This document shows positions 1 through 8,916 of a DNA stretch of 64,000 nucleotides, one piece after another. Location: positions 1 through 64,000 of the forward strand of contig JAVKHQ010000009.1 of NCBI GenBank assembly GCA_031459875.1. Reading direction: 5' to 3'. Position 1 is the stretch's first letter, and each line of letters opens with the position of its first letter. The DNA comes from Candidatus Fervidifonticultor sextus. Lineage in GTDB: Bacteria; Sysuimicrobiota; Sysuimicrobiia; Sysuimicrobiales; Humicultoraceae. The translations under genes were made by a program, and so were the position numbers. The notes under the pieces are model-generated. The model was not told the origin of the DNA and made no database searches. It saw nothing but the letters and a program-made list of their open reading frames with translations.

Positions 1-330
1 GAACGCCTCGTCCAGTCCGAGCGACTCGACCCTCGCGCCGGTGTCGCGAAGGATCGCGTGCATCCGGTCTGAAACCTCCCGGTAGGCCGCAAAGTCCACC
101 GGGAGGAAGACCGCGTCCGGGCAGAGCCGGTACGCGGTGCGCAGCGGCATCGCCGAGTGGATCCCGAAGCGCCGGGCCTCGTAGGAGGCCGCAGACACCA
201 CGCCGCGTGTGCGCGGGTCGCCGTCGCCGCCGACCACCACGGGCCGGCCGCGCAGTTCGGGCCGCCGGAGTTGCTCGACGGCGGCGAAGAAGGCGTCCAT
301 GTCCACGTGCAGGATCGTGCGGGCGGCCAT
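1..330 (-). CDS. dinB: DNA polymerase IV (DinB), N-terminal part; runs off window start
   Basis: Manual reverse-strand translation from ATG at 330: MAARTILHVDMDAFFAAVEQ...GVVSAASYEARRFGIHSAMP...SLGLDEAF (Y-family HVDMDAF, SYEAR and DEAF motifs). Not in the ORF track. Confidence 0.95.
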   Translation of the reverse strand, partial: MAARTILHVDMDAFFAAVEQLRRPELRGRPVVVGGDGDPRTRGVVSAASYEARRFGIHSAMPLRTAYRLCPDAVFLPVDFAAYREVSDRMHAILRDTGARVESLGLDEAF

Positions 331-398
331 CGGCGGTCCCCCGGTGGTCTCGTTCGCGGCGTTCGGCAGTTCCATCCTACCAGGAGAGGACGACCACC

Positions 399-1175
399 AT
401 GATCAGGCTCGACGGCAAGGTGATACTGGTGACCGGGGGGACGTCGGGCATCGGCCTGGCCACCGCCCGTCTGGCGCATGCGTTGGGCGCGCGGGTCGCC
501 GTCAGCGGCCGACGGGAGGACCGGGGCCAGCAGGCCCTGGCGGTGCTGGGTCCAGAGGCGATCTTTGTCCGGGCCGACATCACGGCGGAAGACGACATCC
601 GGCGGATGATCGCCTCGGTCGTCGACCGCTACGGCCACCTGGACGTCCTGGTCAACAGCGCCGGGGCGATCCGCAGGGCGCCGGTGATGGAGGAGGATGC
701 GTCCGGCTGGGACCAGACCCTGGCCCTCCACCTGCGGGGGGTGTTCCTCTGCTGCAAGTACGCCCTGCCACACCTCATCGCCGCGCGGGGCACGATCGTG
801 AACGTCTCCTCGGTGCTGGCGTTCCGGACGCCGCAGGGCCGCACCCCGGCCTACGAGGCCGCCAAAGCCGGGGTGCTCGCCCTCACGCGGGCCATCGCCG
901 TCCACCACGGCCCCGACGGCGTGCGGGCCAACGCCGTCTGCCCCGGCTTCGTGCCCACGGAGTTGAACCGCAGTGTCTGGGAGGCCTGGACCGAGGCGCA
1001 GCGCGCGGCCATGATCGAAACGTATCCGCTGCGCCGCCTGGGCACGCCCGACGATGTGGCGTGGGCGATCGTGTTCCTCGCCTCGGACGCGGCCGGATGG
1101 ATCAGCGGACAGGCGCTGATGGTCGATGGAGGGCGGTCGGCGGCAGACCTCCGGCCGATCCCGCCGGGCGGGTGA
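399..1175 (+). CDS. SDR family NAD(P)-dependent oxidoreductase
   Basis: TGGTSGIG, VNSAG, YEAAK and NAVCPG motifs; AGGAGAGG RBS before ATG 399. Confidence 0.93.
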   Translation: MIRLDGKVILVTGGTSGIGLATARLAHALGARVAVSGRREDRGQQALAVLGPEAIFVRADITAEDDIRRMIASVVDRYGHLDVLVNSAGAIRRAPVMEEDASGWDQTLALHLRGVFLCCKYALPHLIAARGTIVNVSSVLAFRTPQGRTPAYEAAKAGVLALTRAIAVHHGPDGVRANAVCPGFVPTELNRSVWEAWTEAQRAAMIETYPLRRLGTPDDVAWAIVFLASDAAGWISGQALMVDGGRSAADLRPIPPGG

Positions 1176-1254
1176 CGGCGGCCGTCGCCCAGCGGTTGCC
1201 CGCCGGGGGGGCGCCGACTATACTGAGGGGTGGAAGGCCAACTTCATAGCGGTC

Positions 1255-1366
1255 CTCTGGGGGAGCTCGGGGAAGCCGGGCTGAGAGTGCGACCGGCCGC
1301 ATTGCCGGATGCGGCGCCGTCGCAGACTCCATGCACCCGATCCAGACAATGCTGGCGTGGGGAGTG
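1255..1366 (+). promoter_or_regulatory. TPP (THI-box) riboswitch
   Basis: GGGGAGC...GGCTGAGAG...AGACTCC-ATGCACCCGATCCAGACAATGCTGGCGTGGGGAG matches the TPP aptamer consensus; TATACT -10 just upstream; precedes thi genes. Confidence 0.92.
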
Positions 1367-1434
1367 AGGTCGTTGACGCAGCCGCCAGTCCGATGGACCG
1401 GGCGGCTGTTGCGTTTGGGAGGAGGACAGGACCG

Positions 1435-2385
1435 GTGTTGATCATCCAGAGGAGCAGGGCGTGCCTGCTCGTCGCATCGCTTCTGACGGTGCTGACCATG
1501 CTCGCGGCCTCGGGGGCCGGCCAGACCGCGCTGGTCCTGGCGTTCACACCGTCGTCGGATGCCCAGAAAGTGCTGGAGACCGGGAGCACGCTGGCCCGCA
1601 TGCTGGAGGTGGCGACCGGCTACCGGGTCCGGGCGCAGGTCCCGACCAGCTACGCAGCGACCATCGAGGCGCTGTGCGCAGCCCGCGTCGACGCGGCGTT
1701 CCTGCACCCATTTGCGTACGTGCTGGCCAGGCAGCGGTGCGGGGCGGATGTCCGCCTGGTCAATGTCAGGTTCGACATCCCATTCTACAAGTCGCAGATC
1801 CTCTACCGCAGTGGCCTGCCCGTCAGGGGGCTGGCCGACCTGCGTGGCCGGAGGTTCGCGTTTGTCGATCCGGTGTCGGCGTCCGGCTACCTGTTTCCGG
1901 CGGCGCTGCTCAAGCGCCACGGGATTGATCCCGACCGGTTCTTCAGCCAGGTGCTGTTCGCCGGCGGCCACGACAAGGTCGTGCTGGCCATCTACTCAGG
2001 GGCCGCCGATGCCGGAGCGACCTTCGGGGACGAGTTCGGCAATGATGCCCGCGACCGCGTGGTCCGGACCTACCCCGACGTGAAGGAGGTGGTGCGGGTG
2101 CTCCTCTACACCGATCCGATTCCCAACGACACCGTGTCGTTCCGCCGCGACCTGCCCGAGGAGGTCAAGGCCCGTACCGCCGGGGCGTTGATCCGGATTG
2201 CCCGGACCGCGCCGGGCCGGGAGACTTTGGACTCGCTGTACCGCATCCATGGCTTTGCGGACCTGGAGGCGCTGCAGACCACCTACAAGATGAAAATCAC
2301 GACGCTGGACGAGTACTTCCGACCCGTCCGCGAGGCGGCGCGGCTGTTGGGGCTCAATCTGGAGGAACTCGTCCGCTCCCAGTGA
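1435..2385 (+). CDS. PhnD/PtxB-family (phosphate/phosphite/phosphonate) substrate-binding protein
   Basis: Signal peptide; PTSYAATIEAL, FVDPVSASGYLFP, GGHDKV and PIPND motifs; GGAGG RBS. Confidence 0.85.
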   Translation: MLIIQRSRACLLVASLLTVLTMLAASGAGQTALVLAFTPSSDAQKVLETGSTLARMLEVATGYRVRAQVPTSYAATIEALCAARVDAAFLHPFAYVLARQRCGADVRLVNVRFDIPFYKSQILYRSGLPVRGLADLRGRRFAFVDPVSASGYLFPAALLKRHGIDPDRFFSQVLFAGGHDKVVLAIYSGAADAGATFGDEFGNDARDRVVRTYPDVKEVVRVLLYTDPIPNDTVSFRRDLPEEVKARTAGALIRIARTAPGRETLDSLYRIHGFADLEALQTTYKMKITTLDEYFRPVREAARLLGLNLEELVRSQ

Positions 2386-2423
2386 CGCGGGAGCCTGCGT
2401 GGGACACCCGGGAGGAGAGCGGG

Positions 2424-3884
2424 ATGGAGAGCGGAGGATTGATGGCAGGCGTCGCGGTGGCCGCGCTGGCGTTCGCCCTCCTCGGGCTCCTGCACGCCCG
2501 CAGCCGGCGCTGGTCCGTGGAAGACTACGTCAGCGCCCGCTATTCGGCGGGGACCTCGGCCACGGTGGCGACGCTGGTGGCCTCGGCCATCGGCGCCTGG
2601 GTGCTCTTCAGCCCGGCCGAGGCCGGGACCTGGGGGGGAGTCACCGCCCTCCTCGGGTACGGGCTGGGCAGCGCCGCGCCGTTCTTGGCGCTCATCCCCC
2701 TGGGCAGGCGGATGCGCGCCCTCGTCCCCGGAGAACACGCTCTGACGGAGTATCTCTGGTGGCGCTACGGGCCGGGCATGTACGCCCTCGGGCTGGCGAT
2801 CATGGTGTTCTACATGTTCATCTTCCTGACCGCTGAGGTGACCGGGATTGCCCTGGCCGTCAATCTCGTCGCGAAGACGCCACTGCCGCTGACCGCCGCG
2901 CTGGTCGGGCTGGCCACCGTGGCCTACACCGCCTACGGCGGGCTGCCCTCCACCGTGTTCACCGACCGGATTCAGTTCGCGGTGATCCTCCCGCTGCTGG
3001 TCATCACCTTCGCCGGCGCCATCGTGGGGCTGGGCGGGGCCGGCGCCGTGGTGGCCCAGGTGCGATCCGGCGATCCGGCGCTGCTGGCCCTCGACCACCG
3101 ACCAGGCCTCGAGGCGGCGGCGACGTTCGTCATCGCCATCCTGGCGGCCAACCTCCTCCACCAGGGCTACTGGCAGCGCGTCTACCTTGCCCGCGACCAG
3201 CGGGTGCTGCAGCGCGCATTCCTAATCGCCGCGGGCCTGGCGGCCCCCATCGTGATCCTCCCGGGCCTGCTGGGGATTGTCGCGAAGGCCCAAGGACGCG
3301 CGGACGTGCCCTCGGTGGCCTTCTTCGGACTCCTGCTGGGACTTGCCCCGGACTGGCTCCTGCTCGCAGTCCTCGTGCTGGCCGTCGCGCTGGCCATGAG
3401 CAGCATCGACACGCTGCTCAACGGTCTGGCAGCGGTCTTCACCGCCGACCTGGCGCGGCTGCGGCCGGCTGCCCGCGCCGGGCAGCTGCTCCAATCGTCG
3501 CGCCTGATCACGGTCGCCCTCGCGGTATTCGCCATCCTGATCGCCTCGCGCGGCTACAGCGTGCTCTACCTGTTCCTGGTGGCCGACCTGGTGTGCGCCG
3601 CGGCGATGGTCCCGGTGTTCCTGGGGCTCTACGTGCCCCGCCTGGCCGGATGGGCCGCTGCCGTGAGCACGCTGGCCGGCATCGCGGCCGGCGCGGCGTT
3701 CTTCCCGGACCCCGGCTTCACGCGGGGTCACCTCCTGACCGCCTTCGTCCTGGCCGCCGCCGTTCCGGCCGGGCTGGCGTCCCTTCTGGCGCTGGCCGGC
3801 CGTCCGACCGACCTCGGCCGGCTGGCCGCGGGCATCCACCCGCTGGCCGAGCCCGTCGAGGGACCGATCTCCGACGTGAGGTGA
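2424..3884 (+). CDS. Sodium:solute symporter family transporter (probable thiamine-precursor uptake)
   Basis: ~13 hydrophobic segments; YTAYGGL, FTDRIQ, QGYWQR and MSSIDT motifs of the SSS family; alternative GTG start at 2382. Confidence 0.85.
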   Translation: MESGGLMAGVAVAALAFALLGLLHARSRRWSVEDYVSARYSAGTSATVATLVASAIGAWVLFSPAEAGTWGGVTALLGYGLGSAAPFLALIPLGRRMRALVPGEHALTEYLWWRYGPGMYALGLAIMVFYMFIFLTAEVTGIALAVNLVAKTPLPLTAALVGLATVAYTAYGGLPSTVFTDRIQFAVILPLLVITFAGAIVGLGGAGAVVAQVRSGDPALLALDHRPGLEAAATFVIAILAANLLHQGYWQRVYLARDQRVLQRAFLIAAGLAAPIVILPGLLGIVAKAQGRADVPSVAFFGLLLGLAPDWLLLAVLVLAVALAMSSIDTLLNGLAAVFTADLARLRPAARAGQLLQSSRLITVALAVFAILIASRGYSVLYLFLVADLVCAAAMVPVFLGLYVPRLAGWAAAVSTLAGIAAGAAFFPDPGFTRGHLLTAFVLAAAVPAGLASLLALAGRPTDLGRLAAGIHPLAEPVEGPISDVR

Positions 3885-3888
3885 TGGC

Positions 3889-4392
3889 ATGCACACGCGA
3901 ACACTCGTCCTGGCTGCGCTCTTCGCCGCCATCCCGGTGGTGCTCTCGTACGTGCCGGGTGCGATTCCGGTCGCCGGCGCCAAACTGCTGCCCTGGCAGC
4001 ATATGGTGAATGCCATGGCCGGAGTCCTGCTGGGGCCGTGGTACGCGACGCTGGCCGCCACCGTCGCGGCGATCCTCCGCAATGCCCTTGGGGTAGGCAC
4101 GCTGCTGGCGTTTCCCGGCGGCATCCCCGGGGCTCTCGTCGTCGGGTTCGCCTACCGCCTCTGGCAGCGGCCCTGGGTGGGGCTGCTCGAACCGCTGGGC
4201 ACCGGGCCGGTCGGGGCCGTCATCGGGTCGTGGCTCGTGGCGCCGGCGCTGATGGGGAAGGCGATTCCGCTGGCGACGCTGCTGCCGCTCTTCCTGGCAA
4301 GCAGCGTGCCCGGCGCCGTCCTGGGCGTGCTGGTCCTCAGGCTGCTTGCGCGGGCCGGCGTGCCGATGGTGGCGGGCCAGCCCAGCCGGTAG
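3889..4392 (+). CDS. thiW: ECF transporter S component ThiW (thiazole)
   Basis: PWQHMVNAMAGVLLGP, LRNALGVGTLLAFPG and EPLGTG motifs. Confidence 0.9.
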   Translation: MHTRTLVLAALFAAIPVVLSYVPGAIPVAGAKLLPWQHMVNAMAGVLLGPWYATLAATVAAILRNALGVGTLLAFPGGIPGALVVGFAYRLWQRPWVGLLEPLGTGPVGAVIGSWLVAPALMGKAIPLATLLPLFLASSVPGAVLGVLVLRLLARAGVPMVAGQPSR

Positions 4393-4410
4393 GCTCGCTG
4401 CGAGACCCGG

Positions 4411-5253
4411 ATGGCTCTCGACGTCGCCGGACATGCCGCGTCCCTGCTGGAACGCCTCCGCGCGCGCCGGCCGCTGGTCCACCACCTGGCCAACTTCGTG
4501 ACCATGCAGGCCGTGGCCAGCGTCACCAGGGCACTCGGCGCGCTGCCGGTGATGGCGATGGCGCGCGGCGATGCCGAAGAGGCAGCGGGGACGGCCGACG
4601 CGCTCGTCCTCAGCCTGGGGACGCCGACGCCGGAGCGGCTGGAGGCCATGGTGGCGGCGGGCCGGGTCGCCGTGGACCGGCGCATCCCCATCGTGTTCGA
4701 TCCGGTCGGCGCTGGCGCGACCCGGTACCGCCATGACGCGGCGCGGCGCCTGCTCGACGGCGTCCGGGTCACGGTCGTGCGGGCGAACGCCGGGGAGGCG
4801 GCGGCGCTGCTGGGTCGGTCTGGCCTGGTCCGAGGCGTGGAGTCGGTGGCCGAGGCCGAGACCTCCGACCCGCCGCGCCTGGCGCCTGAAGCGGCGCGTG
4901 CGCTCGGGTGCGTGGTCGCGGTCACCGGACCGCGCGATGCCGTCGCCGACGCGCACCACACCTTCATCATCGAAGACGGCCATCCCTGGCTGCCGGCGAT
5001 CTCCGGTTCGGGCTGCATGGCCACGGCCGTGGTGGGCAGTTTCTGTGCCGTCGCCGCGGACGGCGAGGACGACGCCGTGGCCGCAGACTACGCGGTGGCC
5101 GCGGCAGCGGGTCTCGCGTGCTTCCGCGTGGCAGCGGCCCTCGCGGCGAAGGAGGCGCGCGGCCCGGGTTCCCTCGGCTCGGCCCTGCTGGACGCGCTCT
5201 ACCACCTGACCCCGGACCAGGCGCAGCAGGCCGCTCGCATCCGGGTCGTCTGA
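4411..5253 (+). CDS. thiM: Hydroxyethylthiazole kinase
   Basis: PLVHHLANFV, DPVGAGA, RANAGE, ISGSGC and GPGS motifs. Confidence 0.93.
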   Translation: MALDVAGHAASLLERLRARRPLVHHLANFVTMQAVASVTRALGALPVMAMARGDAEEAAGTADALVLSLGTPTPERLEAMVAAGRVAVDRRIPIVFDPVGAGATRYRHDAARRLLDGVRVTVVRANAGEAAALLGRSGLVRGVESVAEAETSDPPRLAPEAARALGCVVAVTGPRDAVADAHHTFIIEDGHPWLPAISGSGCMATAVVGSFCAVAADGEDDAVAADYAVAAAAGLACFRVAAALAAKEARGPGSLGSALLDALYHLTPDQAQQAARIRVV

Positions 5254-5891
5254 TGCGATTCGATCCGGCAGTCTACGTGATCACCGACCGCGAGATCGGG
5301 AAGGGCCGCCCCCTGGAGGACCTCGTGGCCGCGGCGGTTCGGGGCGGCGCGACCATGATTCAGTTGCGCGAGAAGACCCAGCCGGCGCGCCGGCTGCTGG
5401 AGGCCGGCCGCCGGTTGCTGGCCATCACGCGGCCGGCCGGGGTGCCGCTGGTCGTCAACGACCGGGTGGATCTCGCGCTGGTCCTGGAGGCCGACGGCGT
5501 CCACCTCGGGCAGGACGACCTCCCGGTCCCGGATGCCCGACGCCTGCTCGGGCCGGAGAAGATCGTGGGCGCATCGGCCGCGACGGTCGAAGAGGCGCGC
5601 CGCGCCGAGGCCGAGGGCGCCGACTACGTGGGTGTCGGTAGCGTCTTCCCGACCACCTCCAAGCCCGACGCCGGGGACGCCATCGGCCCGCAGGCCCTGA
5701 CGCCGATTCGCGCGGCCGTCCGCATCCCGGTCGTGGCGATCGGCGGGATCACGCACGCCAACGCGGCCGAGGCGATCCGTGCGGGCGCAGATGGGGTGGC
5801 GGTCATCTCGGCGGTGGTGGGCGCCGATGACGTGGAGGAGGCGGCGCGACGCCTGCTGGCCGTGGTGCGGGCCGCGCAGGGTCGGCCGTGA
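5253..5891 (+). CDS. thiE: Thiamine-phosphate synthase
   Basis: YVITD, QLREK, VNDRVD, HLGQDD, PTTSK and AIGGI motifs; ATG overlaps the thiM stop (TGATG). Confidence 0.95.
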   Translation: MRFDPAVYVITDREIGKGRPLEDLVAAAVRGGATMIQLREKTQPARRLLEAGRRLLAITRPAGVPLVVNDRVDLALVLEADGVHLGQDDLPVPDARRLLGPEKIVGASAATVEEARRAEAEGADYVGVGSVFPTTSKPDAGDAIGPQALTPIRAAVRIPVVAIGGITHANAAEAIRAGADGVAVISAVVGADDVEEAARRLLAVVRAAQGRP

Positions 5892-5940
5892 GGGAGACCG
5901 TGCGGACGCCGGCCGTCCCGCCGGATGCGCCAGGACCACC

Positions 5941-7020
5941 ATGACGCGCGTGGCCGATGTGGGCGAACTGGCTTTGCTGGCCCGGATCGACGCCCGCATC
6001 GGGCCCGCATCCGGTGACGTGGTGATCGGCGTTGGCGACGATACGGCCGCGCTGCGCTGGCCCGCCGGCCGTCTGGTCCTGATGACGACCGACGCGCTGG
6101 TCGAGGATGTCCACTTCCGTCGGGCCACGGGCGAACCGGCCGACGTGGGTTGGAAGGCACTGGCGATCAACGCCAGCGACATTGCGGCGATGGGTGGGAG
6201 GCCGACCCATGCCGTCGTCTCGCTGATGCTGCCGGGCGACCTCGATGTGGACTGGGTGGACGGCCTGTACGAGGGCCTCCTGGAGATGGCGCGCGGCGCC
6301 GGCATCGCCCTGGTCGGCGGGAATCTGGCCCAGGCGCCGGCGATCATCGTGGACGTGGCGCTGCTGGGAGAGGTCGACCCCCAGGTCGTGGTCCGCCGGT
6401 CGGGCGCGCGGCCCGGGGACCTGGTGGTCGTTACGGGAACGCTGGGACGCGCGGCCGCCGGCCTGCTGGCGCTCGAGGACGGCGGCAATGCCGGGGTAGG
6501 TGCCCGGCCTCGCGCGGCTCCCGGGGCCGTGGCGCCCAGCGGCGCGGCGCCCGGCGGCACCGCGCTGGAGTGGGTGCTCGCCGCACAGCGCCGCCCCCGG
6601 CCGCGCCTGGCCGAGGGACGCGCCCTGGCCGCGAGCCGCGTCGTCCGGGCGATGATCGACCTCTCCGACGGCTTGGCGATGGACCTCTGGCGGGTGTGCG
6701 AGGCCAGCGGGGTGGGCGTGCGCCTTGACGGCGACCGACTGCCCGTGGATGCCAGCGCCGCCGAGATCGCCGGCGCCGCGGGCCGCGATCCGCTGGACGT
6801 GGCCCTCTTCGGAGGGGAGGACTACGAGCTGCTCTTCGCCGTGGCGCCGCAGGACGCCGACCGGGCCCTGAGGCTGCTCTCCGAGGAGGTCGGGACGCCA
6901 GGAACCGTCATCGGGACCTTCGTGCCGGTGTCGGCCGGCCGGACCATTGTTGTCGGCGGCAGACCCCGGCCGCTGGAACCCGGGGGCTGGACGCATTTTC
7001 GCCACACGCCGGCCCGTTGA
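5941..7020 (+). CDS. thiL: Thiamine-monophosphate kinase
   Basis: GVGDDTA, NASDIAAMGG, IDLSDGL, GGEDYEL and GWTHF motifs. Confidence 0.95.
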   Translation: MTRVADVGELALLARIDARIGPASGDVVIGVGDDTAALRWPAGRLVLMTTDALVEDVHFRRATGEPADVGWKALAINASDIAAMGGRPTHAVVSLMLPGDLDVDWVDGLYEGLLEMARGAGIALVGGNLAQAPAIIVDVALLGEVDPQVVVRRSGARPGDLVVVTGTLGRAAAGLLALEDGGNAGVGARPRAAPGAVAPSGAAPGGTALEWVLAAQRRPRPRLAEGRALAASRVVRAMIDLSDGLAMDLWRVCEASGVGVRLDGDRLPVDASAAEIAGAAGRDPLDVALFGGEDYELLFAVAPQDADRALRLLSEEVGTPGTVIGTFVPVSAGRTIVVGGRPRPLEPGGWTHFRHTPAR

Positions 7021-7063
7021 CGGGCAGGTGGGCCGTGCGGCTGTGGAGGATGGAGGCGATCCT

Positions 7064-7885
7064 GTGACGATCCGCCGGGCCATGACCATCGCGGGCTCCG
7101 ACTCGGGCGGCGGGGCCGGCATCCAAGCCGACCTGAAGACCTTCACCGTCCTCGGCGTGTTCGGGACCTCGGCGATCACCGCCCTGACCGCGCAGAACAC
7201 CACGGGCGTGACCGGTGTCGTGGAGATGCCCCCGGAGTTCGTCGTCGAGCAGATCGACGCCATCATGCGCGACATCGGAACCGACGCCGCCAAGACCGGC
7301 ATGCTGTCCAATGCGGGAATCATCGAGGCGGTGGCCGGCGCGGTGAGGCGATGGGAGATCACCCGGCTGGTGGTCGATCCCGTCATGATCGCCAAGAGCG
7401 GTGCGCCCTTGCTGCGACCCGAGGCCACCGAGGCGCTCCGCCGCGTGCTGCTGCCGGTGGCGCTGGTCGTCACGCCGAACCTGCACGAAGCCGGCGCGCT
7501 GGTCGGCTGGCCGGTCCGGACCCCAGACGACATGCGGGAGGCAGCCCGCAAGATCCACGCCATGGGGCCGCGCCACGTGGTGGTGAAGGGCGGCCACCTG
7601 GAGGGCACCGATCAGGCCGTCGACATCCTCTTCGACGGGGTGACCTTCCAGGAGTTCGCAGCGCCCCGGGCGGAGACGAAGCACACGCACGGCACGGGGT
7701 GCGTGTTCTCAGCGGCGATCGCCGCGGGCCTGGCCAAGGGACTCGAGGTACCCGAGGCCGTGGAGCAGGCGAAAGCGGTCATCACCGCGGCGATCGCCGC
7801 GGGCCTGCCGCTCGGCCAGGGCCACGGCCCCGCCGACCCGACGGCGGCGCTGCACCTGCCGTCCGGCCGTTGTGCCGGTGGGTAG
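7064..7885 (+). CDS. thiD: Hydroxymethylpyrimidine/phosphomethylpyrimidine kinase
   Basis: TIAGSDSGGGAGIQADLKT, KTGML, TPNLHEA and HGTGC motifs. Confidence 0.96.
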   Translation: MTIRRAMTIAGSDSGGGAGIQADLKTFTVLGVFGTSAITALTAQNTTGVTGVVEMPPEFVVEQIDAIMRDIGTDAAKTGMLSNAGIIEAVAGAVRRWEITRLVVDPVMIAKSGAPLLRPEATEALRRVLLPVALVVTPNLHEAGALVGWPVRTPDDMREAARKIHAMGPRHVVVKGGHLEGTDQAVDILFDGVTFQEFAAPRAETKHTHGTGCVFSAAIAAGLAKGLEVPEAVEQAKAVITAAIAAGLPLGQGHGPADPTAALHLPSGRCAGG

Positions 7886-8744
7886 CCGGCGCAGGTGACG
7901 GCGTGGATCCTCCCCCTTCTGATCCCACTCCATCAGGTATGCCTGCCCGCAGGTGCCTGGCCGCCCATTCCTCACGACCGCCAATCCGCACCCGGTCCAG
8001 TCCCGCCTGCCGGGCCGCCTGCTCTACCAGGCGCGGGCTCCACCCAAAGGTGGCCATGATCTCCTCGTCGGGTGAAGCACCCACGATCCCCAGGTATCGT
8101 TCCAGGACCTTCGCCGCCGCCACGACCGTGGTCAGGCGCGAAGCCTGTGCCACGACCTCCGGCATCCACCGGTGGAAGGCGTCCCAGATGAACCCGTGTC
8201 GCCACTCCTCTTCCTCGGCCACCTTGGCCACTAGGAGGCGCTCCTGGAGATCGTCCAGCGCGCGATGGAAGCGGGCTCCGCGCTCCCCCCGCGGCACGAA
8301 CCGGCGCCGCAGGGTCCAGGTCGACACCGGTCCCTCGGCCAGGATCGCCTCGTAGACCGTCCTGGCCATGAGGCTCAGCCGGCCTTCGCAGTAGGCCTGC
8401 AGGTGGTCGTCGGGCTCGCCGACGTTGCCCGAGAGGGCATAGAATGCCGGCAGCAACGCCAGCGAGATGTAGGAAGGCTTGCGTCGGATGACCTTGCCAT
8501 AGTACGCCCAGCGCCCTGTCGCCAGGTCGTCCTTCCACTGCCACGCCCAGGACCACATCCGGTCACTGCTGCGCGTGGCCAGGACGTCGAACAGCCCCGG
8601 CAGGCCGCCGGGCCCTCCGGTGAAGGCGTAGCAGAAGCCAAGGGCGTCGATGAAGCGCAGGGCTGCTCGCCGGGTCCGCACCCGATGCGCTCGGAGCACG
8701 GCGCGGCGATACCGTCGAACGGCCGCAGGCGTCAGCACCCGCAT
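7782..8744 (-). CDS. AlkZ/YcaQ-like winged-helix protein (DNA crosslink repair glycosylase-related)
   Basis: ALRFIDALGFC, WQWKDDL...YYGKV.RRKPSYIS and wH-like GPVSTWTLRR; C-terminal tail overlaps the thiD end. Confidence 0.55.
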   Translation of the reverse strand: MRVLTPAAVRRYRRAVLRAHRVRTRRAALRFIDALGFCYAFTGGPGGLPGLFDVLATRSSDRMWSWAWQWKDDLATGRWAYYGKVIRRKPSYISLALLPAFYALSGNVGEPDDHLQAYCEGRLSLMARTVYEAILAEGPVSTWTLRRRFVPRGERGARFHRALDDLQERLLVAKVAEEEEWRHGFIWDAFHRWMPEVVAQASRLTTVVAAAKVLERYLGIVGASPDEEIMATFGWSPRLVEQAARQAGLDRVRIGGREEWAARHLRAGIPDGVGSEGGGSTPSPAPATHRHNGRTAGAAPPSGRRGRGPGRAAGPRRSPR

Positions 8745-8916
8745 CCCCTGGGGGATACGCGGTCGCGGCGGGCCCCTCCTCGCTGACATCCCACCTGGGT
8801 GGGGGAGGGGAGCGCCGCGCCGGAGACGAACCTACGACGGGTTGCCGCACGCCAGCCGTCCGGACCGTGCCGCCAGGGAAGATCGCAGCCCGGGAAAAGG
8901 GGGGGCGGGCCGACGA

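Noticed and set aside
351..373. Three GTTC boxes upstream of dinB as a possible LexA site
   Set aside because: They are direct repeats with 5 and 4 nt gaps, matching neither GAAC-N4-GTTC nor GTTC-N7-GTTC.
7782..7885. 104 bp convergent overlap of thiD and the AlkZ-like gene as antisense regulation
   Set aside because: The overlapping tail is low-complexity and best explained by a lost stop codon.
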